Shown here one piece after another: positions 9,378-19,337 of a DNA stretch of 61,880 nucleotides. The notes beneath the pieces are model-generated. The model was not told where the DNA came from and did not search any database. It was given only the letters and a program-made list of their open reading frames with translations. The translations under genes were made by a program, and so were the position numbers. The first letter of the stretch is position 1; each line of letters begins with the position of its first letter. Origin of the DNA: Acidimicrobiia bacterium (GTDB lineage Bacteria > Actinomycetota > Acidimicrobiia > Spongiisociales > Spongiisociaceae); the NCBI GenBank assembly GCA_011523395.1, contig WTGW01000032.1, positions 1 to 61,880 of the forward strand. The letters run 5' to 3'.

Positions 9378-10258
9378 CCCCCTGGCTGGCGCTGGTGAAC
9401 CCGCACGCCGGCCGCGGCCGCTCGGCCAAGGCCGACGCGCTGGCTGCCCTCAGGTCCCATTCGGTACCCGCCGAGGTACTGGAGGTGGATGGGCTGACCG
9501 CGCTCAGGGGCGCCGTCAGGGCCGCCGCCGCCGCCGACCGGCGGCGCCTGGTGGCGGTGGGGGGAGACGGGACGGTCAATGCACTGCTGAACGAGATCAT
9601 GGCTCACGGATGGAAGGCGGCGCCCCTACTGGGCATACTCCCGACCGGTACGGGCTGCGACCTGCTCCGCACCTTCGGGATCGGGCCCGGTCTCGACTCG
9701 GCCGCCGCCCGCCTGGTCGAGGGGACGCCCTATCCGGTGGACGTCGGTCTGGCGATAGGCGAGTGGGGCCGGAGGTACTTCCTCAACGTGGCCAGCGCCG
9801 GCGCCACGGCCCATGCCGCCAGGAGCGCCCAACGCATACCGGGCCGGTTGGGCTCGTTTCGTTACGTCGCGGCGGTTGCGGCATCCCTGCCCTCCTGGCG
9901 CAGGATCGACGCTCGCGTCGAGGCCGGCAGGCGGGAGTTCTCCGGCCCGGCCCTGACCGTGGTGGTGGCCAACGCCCAGTTCTTCGGAGGTGGCTTCAAC
10001 ATCGCCCCCCGGGCCTCCATGGTCGACGGGCTGCTCGACGTCCAGGTCATCACCAGTCGCAGGAGAGAGGTGGGGGCTCTGATGCGGAAGGCAAGAGGCG
10101 GAGATCACCTCGCCGACCCGGGTGTCCGGCGGTTCGTGGCCCCCGAGGCGCGGATAGAGACCGACCCACCCTGGCCGGTGGAAGTGGACGGGGAACCCAT
10201 CGGCCGGACGCCCCTCCTGGTCCGGCTTGAGGCCGGCGGCGTCCGATTGATGATCTGA
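9374..10258 (+). CDS. Diacylglycerol/lipid kinase family protein (YegS/DagK-like)
   Basis: 294 aa with the GGDGTVNALLNE catalytic-domain motif. ATGA overlap with the helY stop. Confidence 0.8.
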   Translation: MTPWLALVNPHAGRGRSAKADALAALRSHSVPAEVLEVDGLTALRGAVRAAAAADRRRLVAVGGDGTVNALLNEIMAHGWKAAPLLGILPTGTGCDLLRTFGIGPGLDSAAARLVEGTPYPVDVGLAIGEWGRRYFLNVASAGATAHAARSAQRIPGRLGSFRYVAAVAASLPSWRRIDARVEAGRREFSGPALTVVVANAQFFGGGFNIAPRASMVDGLLDVQVITSRRREVGALMRKARGGDHLADPGVRRFVAPEARIETDPPWPVEVDGEPIGRTPLLVRLEAGGVRLMI

Positions 10259-10288
10259 AACCACCGTCCGTTCGCAGACCGGGACCGG

Positions 10289-10678
10289 ATGCGTATACTC
10301 TCGCCGCGATCAGACAGCGGGAATCGAGGATTGGATGACGCCATCCGAGATCCGTTCGAAGGGGAAGGCGGCGACGACCTGGCTAACGAGAACCGCGGCC
10401 ACCATGCCGGCCACGAGGACAACGATGACGAGAACGGCAACGGCGCCGTCGAACTCGACGCCCTCGAGGCAGAGGAGTTGGAGACTGTCGAAGCTACCGA
10501 GTCGGCCACCATGCTCGTCGACGAGACCAGCGAGATCCGGGAAATCCGCCGCTCCGAGATGAACCTCGACATCGAGGCGGAGCAGATGCGGGGCGACGAG
10601 TTCGTCTGCCGCTCGTGCTTCCTGCGCCTCAAGAAGGTGCAGCTGGCTGCTGACGCCCTCTGTCGCGACTGCGCCTGA
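10289..10678 (+). CDS. DUF4193-family protein (acidic N-terminus, C-terminal CxxC...CxxC)
   Basis: The end DEFVCRSCFLRLKKVQLAADALCRDCA is typical of actinobacterial DUF4193. Start codon uncertain. Confidence 0.7.
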   Translation: MRILSPRSDSGNRGLDDAIRDPFEGEGGDDLANENRGHHAGHEDNDDENGNGAVELDALEAEELETVEATESATMLVDETSEIREIRRSEMNLDIEAEQMRGDEFVCRSCFLRLKKVQLAADALCRDCA

Positions 10679-10827
10679 TCGAGCACGCCTGAGCAGAGCC
10701 TTCCTGGTCCAGGCGCATGCTGAGAAAGGCAGGGATGGGTTAGCCCTCTGTCCTCGGACATGGGGTTCTCGGTCACCAGACGGGCCAACCGGATTTCTTG
10801 GGCACGTTCCTCGCTACCGTCTGTGGC

Positions 10828-11358
10828 ATGGACATCTCGGTCACCGCCCGGCGCGCCGATACCCAGGACGTGGTCTTCCTGGTCGACCTCTATCGCAAGC
10901 TGGAGACGGAGATGACCGCCATACACCCCATGTGGCCCAGAGCCGACGGCTTGGACGAGCCCGTCGATGAGTCGTTCCTGGCCTGCCTTGGCGACTCGGG
11001 CACCCGTATCTACCTCGGTGAGATAGACGGATACCCGCTCGGCTTCATCCTGGGCCGGTCGCGGGAACTGCTCGTCCATGAGGCGGGGGTGCGGGTGGCC
11101 GCCATACTCATGGTCTTCGTGGAGCAGGAGGCCCGCGGGGTCGGGGTGGGGGAGGTGATGCGCGACACTCTCATGGAGGAGTTCCGCAGCACCGGCCACC
11201 AACTCTTCGACTCCCATGTCCTACCCGGCCACCGCCTTGCCAAGAACTTCTTCGAAGCGGGGGGCTTCGCAGCCCGGTCGATCATCATGCATCACAGCGA
11301 CCTAGGTGACGGCGGGCGCCGCATCCGGGCCCAGTTCCTGCCCCCGTCCGAGTCGTGA
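10828..11358 (+). CDS. GNAT-family N-acetyltransferase
   Basis: The motif VEQEARGVGVGEVM resembles the acetyl-CoA binding Q/RxxGxG/A motif. Start taken at MDISVTARR; the ORF is open from 10798. Confidence 0.7.
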   Translation: MDISVTARRADTQDVVFLVDLYRKLETEMTAIHPMWPRADGLDEPVDESFLACLGDSGTRIYLGEIDGYPLGFILGRSRELLVHEAGVRVAAILMVFVEQEARGVGVGEVMRDTLMEEFRSTGHQLFDSHVLPGHRLAKNFFEAGGFAARSIIMHHSDLGDGGRRIRAQFLPPSES

Positions 11359-11762
11359 CCGACCGGCCATCACCGCTCGTCGGTGTGGGTGTGGTGGTGA
11401 TCGAGCAGGGCCGGATGCTGCTCGTGGAGCGGGGCAGGGGCATCCTGGCCGGCTCGTGGGCCATACCCGGGGGCAAGGTCCGCTACGGCGAGCGCCTCAC
11501 CGACGCCGCGGTCCGCGAGGTGATGGAGGAGACCGGCCTCGAGGTGGCGCTGGGCGATGTGGTCTGGACCGGAGAGTCCCTCGGCGCCTCGGAACCTCCC
11601 GAGCACCACGTCGTCCTGGTGGACTTCACCGCCAAAGTGACCGGCGGGGAACTCCGGGCCGGAGACGACGCCGCCGACGTCGCCTTCGTGCCGCTGGAGG
11701 ACCTGAGGTCGTGGCCGCTCACCCCGACCATGTACGACCTGCTGGCCCGGCTGGGCCTCTGA
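11355..11762 (+). CDS. NUDIX hydrolase
   Basis: Nudix box GGKVRYGERLTDAAVREVMEETGLEV. GTGA overlap with the upstream gene. Confidence 0.88.
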   Translation: MTDRPSPLVGVGVVVIEQGRMLLVERGRGILAGSWAIPGGKVRYGERLTDAAVREVMEETGLEVALGDVVWTGESLGASEPPEHHVVLVDFTAKVTGGELRAGDDAADVAFVPLEDLRSWPLTPTMYDLLARLGL

Positions 11763-11765
11763 CCC

Positions 11766-12503
11766 TCAGGCGAAGCCGGCCTCGTCTCTCCTCTCGGCCA
11801 GGCGGGCGGTCAGGCCCCGCCGGAACAACAGCGTCGCCACCATCCCGAAGAGGAAGCCCGCCACGTGGGCTTCCCAGGCGATTGCCGATGTACCCCCGGC
11901 CAGGAGGAACTGGGCCCCCAGCCAGAGCAGCAGGAACAGGGCGGCCGGCATGCGGAAGGGGATGAAGATCGGCGGGATGATGCTCAGTACCCGCGCTCCG
12001 GGGAACAACACGAAGTAGGCCCCCATCACCCCGGCGATAGCGCCGGAGGCGCCGACCAGGGGGGCCGTGGAGTCCGGATTCAGCACCACGAAGCCGAAGG
12101 TGGCCACGACGCCCGATAGCAGGTAGAGCAACAGGTAGCCACCCCGACCGTAGGCGTCCTCGACGTTGTTGCCGAACAGCCAGAGGCTCCAGACGTTGCC
12201 GATCAGATGGGCCAGACCGCCGTGCAGGAAAATGGATACCAGCACGCTGAGGGGCACGGACTTCTCCGGGAAGACCGGATTTCCATCTCCCGCGACGCAC
12301 AGCTCGGATCGGATCTCCTCCAGAGAGACGGCCTCGTTGGTGCTGATCTCGCACCCGATGGCCGCCTGCTCTACCAGGAACTCGTACTCGTCGACCGGGT
12401 CCGCCGGTTGGATCAGGAAATAGACCGCCACCACGGATGCGATCAACAACAGGGAGACCACGGGCCGCCTGAGACCGGGGTTCAGATCGCGGATCGGGAT
12501 CAT
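11766..12503 (-). CDS. Rhomboid-family intramembrane serine protease
   Basis: 245 aa, polytopic, with GASGAIAGVMGAY catalytic Ser motif and downstream His (WEAHVAGFLFG). Confidence 0.88.
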   Translation of the reverse strand: MIPIRDLNPGLRRPVVSLLLIASVVAVYFLIQPADPVDEYEFLVEQAAIGCEISTNEAVSLEEIRSELCVAGDGNPVFPEKSVPLSVLVSIFLHGGLAHLIGNVWSLWLFGNNVEDAYGRGGYLLLYLLSGVVATFGFVVLNPDSTAPLVGASGAIAGVMGAYFVLFPGARVLSIIPPIFIPFRMPAALFLLLWLGAQFLLAGGTSAIAWEAHVAGFLFGMVATLLFRRGLTARLAERRDEAGFA

Positions 12504-12549
12504 CCGGTCGGCTTCCGATTGGGTGTGCCTGACTGCATGCGCATCCCAC

Positions 12550-12700
12550 CCTAGATGAGTGGTCAGTGGTCAGTGGTCAGTGGTCAGTGGATGTTGTAAC
12601 CCGAGGACGAAGCGGACACCCGACAGTCCTGGGGGCCACAAGAAACTTGACCGCTTCCGAGTCGCCCACTGGCCACCGGCCACTAGCCACCGGCCACTAA
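12550..12700 (+). repeat. Heptamer-armed hairpin element, copy 2 (divergent rhomboid / tlyA-block spacer)
   Basis: Layout: cctagatg, then (CAGTGGT)x5, then ATGTTGTAACCC core, then CCCACTGG CCACCGG CCACTAG CCACCGG CCACTAA. The core is near-identical to copy 3. Confidence 0.9.
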
Positions 12701-12750
12701 GACCGGCTGCCGGGGTAGCAATCCCGGCGTGACGCGCAATAATTAGGAGC

Positions 12751-12996
12751 ATGAGCCGAGCTCGCGAGCAGCCCACCCATCCGCGGCCGGAGGACCAACC
12801 GCCCACCGACGCCACCATCGAGGCCTACGTGCGCGCGGTAGAGGGGTTGGAGGCCGACCGGCTGGCAGGTCCGGCCGCCGCGCTGGCCGAGCTCCTAGAG
12901 GCCCGTTTGGGGGGTAACGACGCTCCGGAGGCTCGCCGGGTGCTCGACGATCTGCTGGCCGACTCCGGCCACGCGACCCACCAGACCGGGGAATGA
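12751..12996 (+). CDS. Small hypothetical protein upstream of tlyA
   Basis: 81-aa ORF with ATGA overlap to tlyA. The aggag motif lies only 1 nt before the ATG, so the start is uncertain. No recognisable domain. Confidence 0.45.
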   Translation: MSRAREQPTHPRPEDQPPTDATIEAYVRAVEGLEADRLAGPAAALAELLEARLGGNDAPEARRVLDDLLADSGHATHQTGE

Positions 12997-13766
12997 TGCA
13001 GCGACTGGACGTCGAGATGGTCCGGCGCCGGCTGGTCGGCTCGCGGAGCGCGGCCGCCCGGGCGATCCGAGAGGGGAGGGTGATCGTGGCCGGCATACCG
13101 CTGCCGAAGCCTGCCACCCTGGTGAGCAAGGGCACCCCGCTGCGCTGGGCTGCGTCCCCGCCACGCTACGTCAGCCGGGGCGGGCTCAAGCTGGAGGCTG
13201 CCCTGGAGGAGTTCGATGTGGACGTTGCGGGGCTCGACGCCGTCGACGTGGGTGCTTCCACCGGGGGCTTCACCCAGTGCCTGCTGGAACACGGCGCAGC
13301 TCGGGTGGTGGCGGTCGATGTCGGATACGGGCAGCTGCACGAGTATCTCCGCGATGACCCCCGGGTCACGGTCGTGGAACGGACCAACATTCGTCACGCC
13401 GACCCCGAGCACCTCGGAGCGCCCTTCGGTGTGGTCGTCGCCGACGTCTCCTTCATCTCGCTGCTGACGATCGCTCCGGCACTGGTGGGTCTGGGGAACA
13501 CCGGCAGCCACTACATCCTGCTGGTCAAGCCCCAGTTCGAGGCCGGGCCCGGCTCGGTCGACCGGCGGGGCGTGCTGCGCGACCCGGCACTGTGGGACCG
13601 GACGGTCGCCGCCACCGTCACCGGACTGTCCGCACGCGGCCTGGGAGCGGTCGGCCTCCTCCGTTCGCCCCTCGAGGGGGCCAACGGGAACCGAGAGGTC
13701 CTGGGATGGTTCCGCCAGGGTCCCATGGTCATCGACCTGGAGAGGGCCGTGGAGGGTCTCCGATGA
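12993..13766 (+). CDS. tlyA: 16S/23S rRNA (cytidine-2'-O)-methyltransferase TlyA
   Basis: S4-like N-terminus (RLDVEMVRRRLVGSRSAAARAIREGRV), FtsJ-type SAM motif DVGASTGGFTQ, and tlyA-nadK-recN synteny. Confidence 0.9.
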   Translation: MMQRLDVEMVRRRLVGSRSAAARAIREGRVIVAGIPLPKPATLVSKGTPLRWAASPPRYVSRGGLKLEAALEEFDVDVAGLDAVDVGASTGGFTQCLLEHGAARVVAVDVGYGQLHEYLRDDPRVTVVERTNIRHADPEHLGAPFGVVVADVSFISLLTIAPALVGLGNTGSHYILLVKPQFEAGPGSVDRRGVLRDPALWDRTVAATVTGLSARGLGAVGLLRSPLEGANGNREVLGWFRQGPMVIDLERAVEGLR

Positions 13767-14584
13767 GGATCGCGCTGGTCCCTCACATCCGCCAGGGCCG
13801 CACGGTGGCCTGGACGAGGGCCCTCGTGGCCGCCCTCGGGGACCGGGGAGTCGAGGTGGTGGCGGCGCCGGACGCCGCCGACCTAGTGGGCGTGGCCTCG
13901 ACCTCCTTCGGCCAGAGGGACGGCCTGGACCTCGTGGTGGCCATCGGAGGGGACGGAACGGTTCTGAAGGCGGTACGGCTGGGGAGGGGCAGCGGGGCAC
14001 CCGTCTGCGGGATCAACGACGGGCGCCTGGGCTACCTGGCGGAAGCCCTACCCGACGATCTTCCGGCATTCCTGGACCGGATGGCGGCCGGCGAGTGGCT
14101 CACGTCGGAGCGGATGCTGCTGGCCGCCTCCATCAACGGCGCCCCTCCCACGATCGGCCTCAACGACGTGGTGGTGGAGAAGGTCGAGAACCAGCGGACC
14201 GTCCGCCTCGCCATCTCGATAGACGGGGAGCCCTTCATCAACTACCCGGCCGACGGGGTGGTGGTGGCGACCGCAACCGGCTCCACCGCCTACAACCTCT
14301 CCGCCGGGGGGCCGCTCATCGACCCGGCGCTCGACGTGATGGTGATGACACCGGTCGCACCCCACTACCTCTTCTCCCGAGCCATGGTGTTCCCGCCGCA
14401 TCACAGGCTCCGTTTCGAGGTCATGGAGGACCGCCCGGCGGGGGTGGGCGTTGACGGCAGGGAGGTGGCCATCATGCGTCCGGGTGACTGGATCGAGGTC
14501 GAGGGCGCCGGTCACGTGACGTTCGCCCGTTTCGCCGAGCGCTCCTTCCCGGCATCCGTGAAGCAGAAGTTCTCGCTGGCCTGA
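13763..14584 (+). CDS. nadK: NAD+ kinase
   Basis: Start at ATG 13763 (overlaps the tlyA stop). Contains GGDGTVLKA and TGSTAYNLSAGGP motifs. Confidence 0.92.
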   Translation: MRIALVPHIRQGRTVAWTRALVAALGDRGVEVVAAPDAADLVGVASTSFGQRDGLDLVVAIGGDGTVLKAVRLGRGSGAPVCGINDGRLGYLAEALPDDLPAFLDRMAAGEWLTSERMLLAASINGAPPTIGLNDVVVEKVENQRTVRLAISIDGEPFINYPADGVVVATATGSTAYNLSAGGPLIDPALDVMVMTPVAPHYLFSRAMVFPPHHRLRFEVMEDRPAGVGVDGREVAIMRPGDWIEVEGAGHVTFARFAERSFPASVKQKFSLA

Positions 14585-14587
14585 CCC

Positions 14588-16195
14588 GTGCTTGACGAGC
14601 TGTCGGTCCAAAACCTCGGGATCATCGACACGGCCCGGGTGGGGTTCACGCCCGGGATGGTGGTGGTGAGCGGCGAGACCGGAGCAGGCAAGACCCTGAT
14701 GCTGGGCGCCCTCCGGATGCTCACCGGGGCTCCCGCCCGTTCCGCGCTCATCGGGCCGCACGGTGAGGAGACACGGGTCGAGGGCAGGTTCTTCCTCGAC
14801 GGGGAGGAGGTGGTCGTCACCCGCTCCATACACCCGGGAGGAAGCCGCGCATACCTCGACGGCCGCATGGTCCCGGCCCGAGCACTGGCTGAGAGGCTCG
14901 GAGGGGAAGTGGAGATCGTGGGCCAGCACGATCCGATCTCTCTCACCCGTTCACGGGCGGTCCGCGCTCTGATCGACCTCCGGCTCCGGTCCGGCCTCGT
15001 CCTGGACGACTACCGGGACGCCTGGCAGGCGCTCCGCGAAGTGCAGGCCCTCCGGGCGGAGCTGGGTGGGGGCACGCGGGCGCTGGCACGCGAGATGGAT
15101 CTGCTGGCCTACCAGGTGGGCGAGATCGATCGGGCCGACTTCCGGCCCGGCGAGGACGAAGAGTTGGAGATGGAGTCGAAGAGGCTCGGAAACGCCGAGG
15201 AGGTGGCCGAGCTCCTCGCGGAGGCACACCGGGACCTGAGCGCGGCCCGCGACCGTGTCGGCCCGGTGGTGGATGCGGCCCGGCGGGTTCGAGATCTCGA
15301 TCCGGCCCGGGGCCCTCTCGCCGAGCTCGTAGAGAGCCTCGAGGCCACCCTCACCGACACCCTGAGCGTCACGCGGGAGGCATGGGAAGTGACCGAGCCG
15401 GACCCCGGGGCGCTGGCCCGCGTCAACCAGCGCCTGAACCTGCTGGGCGACCTGCGCCGCAAGTACGGATCGGACATCGAGGAGATACTCACCTTCCGGC
15501 GCCGGGCTCAGACCCGCCTGGCGGAGATCGAGGGCCTGGTGGAGCGGGCGTCCCAGCTGGACGCGGAACATGCCACGGCCAGTGGCCACCTGTTCGAGGC
15601 CGGGAGAGAACTCCGGCAGGCTCGCCGTGACGCCTCCGCCCGGATCGCCGAGAGCGCCTGCGGGCACTTGCGTGAGCTCGGGATCAGCGATCCGGTGCTG
15701 CGGGTCGAGATCGGGGAGGCCGAGCCACGGGCGTTCGGGGCCGACACCGTGGAGTTGCTGTTCGCATCCGACTCCCGGCTCGCCCCAGGCCCGGTGGGCA
15801 AGGTTGCATCGGGGGGAGAGTTGAGCCGCCTGGTCCTGGCTCTTCGGCTGGCTTCCGGGACCGGCGCCGCCCGGGTCGTGGCCTTCGACGAGATCGACTC
15901 CGGGGTTGGAGGGACGACCGCCCTGGCAATGGGTTCCAAGCTGGCCCGCTTGTCCGAGGACCGCCAGACCCTCTGCGTCAGCCACCTCCCCCAGGTGGCG
16001 GCCTTTGCCGATACGCACATCGTGGTGGAACGGGAAGGCCCCCGCGCCGGGGTGCGGCTGGTCGAGGAGGATGCCCGACTCCGCGAGCTGTCCCGGATGC
16101 TCTCCGGGCTGGCCGACTCGGAGCGGGGCCACCATCATGCCCGCGAGCTCCGTTCGCTCGCCATGGCGAGGCGAGCGCCGGTCCCGACCGCGTGA
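14588..16195 (+). CDS. recN: DNA repair protein RecN
   Basis: 535 aa. N-terminal Walker A GETGAGKT, long coiled-coil middle, C-terminal SGGELSRLVLAL signature and FDEIDSG Walker B. Confidence 0.92.
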   Translation: MLDELSVQNLGIIDTARVGFTPGMVVVSGETGAGKTLMLGALRMLTGAPARSALIGPHGEETRVEGRFFLDGEEVVVTRSIHPGGSRAYLDGRMVPARALAERLGGEVEIVGQHDPISLTRSRAVRALIDLRLRSGLVLDDYRDAWQALREVQALRAELGGGTRALAREMDLLAYQVGEIDRADFRPGEDEELEMESKRLGNAEEVAELLAEAHRDLSAARDRVGPVVDAARRVRDLDPARGPLAELVESLEATLTDTLSVTREAWEVTEPDPGALARVNQRLNLLGDLRRKYGSDIEEILTFRRRAQTRLAEIEGLVERASQLDAEHATASGHLFEAGRELRQARRDASARIAESACGHLRELGISDPVLRVEIGEAEPRAFGADTVELLFASDSRLAPGPVGKVASGGELSRLVLALRLASGTGAARVVAFDEIDSGVGGTTALAMGSKLARLSEDRQTLCVSHLPQVAAFADTHIVVEREGPRAGVRLVEEDARLRELSRMLSGLADSERGHHHARELRSLAMARRAPVPTA

Positions 16196-16219
16196 GTGCG
16201 GCCCGCACGGCCCGGATGA

Positions 16220-17932
<1,713 letters not shown>

Positions 17933-18286
17933 GGGATACTGCACCCGACATCCCGGATGGCGAGTCCGGCCAACCGGTTGACGGTCGATCTTTGTCGCAT
18001 AGCGTCACTCCGGCCGCAAGGTGTCGCATTTCTGGGGTGTGTGGGTGTCGACCGGCACCGCGGTGGTGAGCAACCGAAACGTCATCGGCCTCGTCGCGGG
18101 TTTTTTGAATGAACGGGTTCGGCCTGGTTGCCCTGGGCAAGATGGGCGCCCTCGGTTTAGTCTCCTGCCGAGGCATCAAAGTGGTCGGTCGGGTCCGTCG
18201 GGGTTACCGCACGATAGGGCTGGTCACCTTGAGTGGCCGCACGCGGAAGGATTCCGGGCGGGAGCTAGCAGACCTGGGTAGCAGGC

Positions 18287-19294
18287 ATGGATCGCACTTC
18301 GGTAGGTAGCGAGGACTGGGTTGCGAAGGTCCGGTCGACAAGACAATTCAGCGATGGAGACAGACGGGCGCCGTACAAACCCTTGTTGCTGCTCTGGGCG
18401 ATCGGCCGGCTGGCCGCAGGTCACCCGGCGCGCGTCTCGTTCTGCGATGCCGAGGAGGAATTGACAAGGCTGATGGAGGGCCATCGGCTAGGCGAGACGC
18501 TGCGTGTGTCTTATCCCTTTGTGTATCTGGGAACCAACCGAGATCTCTGGAGGGTGGAGGCTGCCGATGGATCGGATATCGCCGCAATGCCCCAGCGGGT
18601 CCGGGAGAGTAGGCCGTTCCTATTGGGGGAGGCCACAGGGGAACTGGCTCCCGATTTCGTGGTAGCACTGGAGAACCCGCGAGTGCGTTCCCGGGTGGTC
18701 AACACTCTTCTGGACATGGAGTTCCCGGAGTCACTGCACGCGGAGCTACTCGAGGAAGTAGGTCTGGGACATCTGGTTGCTCCTAGACCTCCCCAACGGG
18801 ATCCTCGGTTCAGGAGGATCGTTCTGCTCGCCTACGAGCACCGGTGTGCCTTCTGTGGCTTTGACGGGATCCTCAGGAACTCACCCGTGGCGATCGACGC
18901 TGCCCACGTACAGATGCGATCGCACAGGGGACCCGACCACATCACCAACGGTGTGGCGCTATGTACCTTCCATCATCGACTCTTCGACCAGGGTGCCCTC
19001 GGTCTCGATTCTGATCGCCGGATACTCGTCAGCCAGCACATGATCGTCCGGGCGAGAGAGGCGAACAATGCTCTGATGCGGCTGGCGGGCATGCCGATGC
19101 TGGAGCCCCAACGCGGATACGAGCCACCCGCCATCCCGCATGTGAAATGGCACTACCGGAACCTCTTCGTCCGGCCTGCCCGCAGACCCTCCTCTCCGGG
19201 TAGCCCCGGTCTCATGCCGGGCCGCCACCCTATTGACCAGACACCTGAGGCTCCCGCACCGAGCATGCGTGTCTCTGGTCGGCGGCGAACGTAA
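18287..19294 (+). CDS. HNH endonuclease, probable phosphorothioated-DNA-binding (SBD-HNH, ScoMcrA/SprMcrA-like) Type IV restriction enzyme
   Basis: C-terminal HNH motif: YEHRCAFCGF ... IDAAHV ... NGVALCTFHHRLFDQGALG. N-terminal RAPYKPLLLLWAIGRL... block matches my memory of the PT-DNA restriction family. GC is visibly lower than the flanks. Confidence 0.7.
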   Translation: MDRTSVGSEDWVAKVRSTRQFSDGDRRAPYKPLLLLWAIGRLAAGHPARVSFCDAEEELTRLMEGHRLGETLRVSYPFVYLGTNRDLWRVEAADGSDIAAMPQRVRESRPFLLGEATGELAPDFVVALENPRVRSRVVNTLLDMEFPESLHAELLEEVGLGHLVAPRPPQRDPRFRRIVLLAYEHRCAFCGFDGILRNSPVAIDAAHVQMRSHRGPDHITNGVALCTFHHRLFDQGALGLDSDRRILVSQHMIVRAREANNALMRLAGMPMLEPQRGYEPPAIPHVKWHYRNLFVRPARRPSSPGSPGLMPGRHPIDQTPEAPAPSMRVSGRRRT

Positions 19295-19337
19295 CATCCG
19301 ACTGCGCGTCGCATTGTCTCACGCGGTGCCTGGGCAT

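Noticed and set aside
12557-12590. The heptamer arrays considered as a possible CRISPR array or minisatellite.
   Set aside because: The units are 7 bp with no spacers, and the arrays occur as complementary pairs flanking a conserved core. This is not CRISPR architecture, and no cas genes are present.
12825-14000. Long antisense ORFs, for example 12825-14000(-), 5221-6669(-), 30982-33138(-), 41817-43265(-), 14951-16426(-) and 16472-17944(-).
   Set aside because: These are typical shadow ORFs of GC-rich DNA. They lie opposite genes with clear conserved motifs and translate to Arg/Pro/Gly/His-rich low-complexity sequence without recognisable domains.
18021-18309. Small ORFs (86 and 66 aa) in the non-coding stretch upstream of the HNH gene.
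   Set aside because: They have no RBS, no recognisable motifs and atypical composition. They more likely belong to the untranslated or decayed part of the inserted segment.
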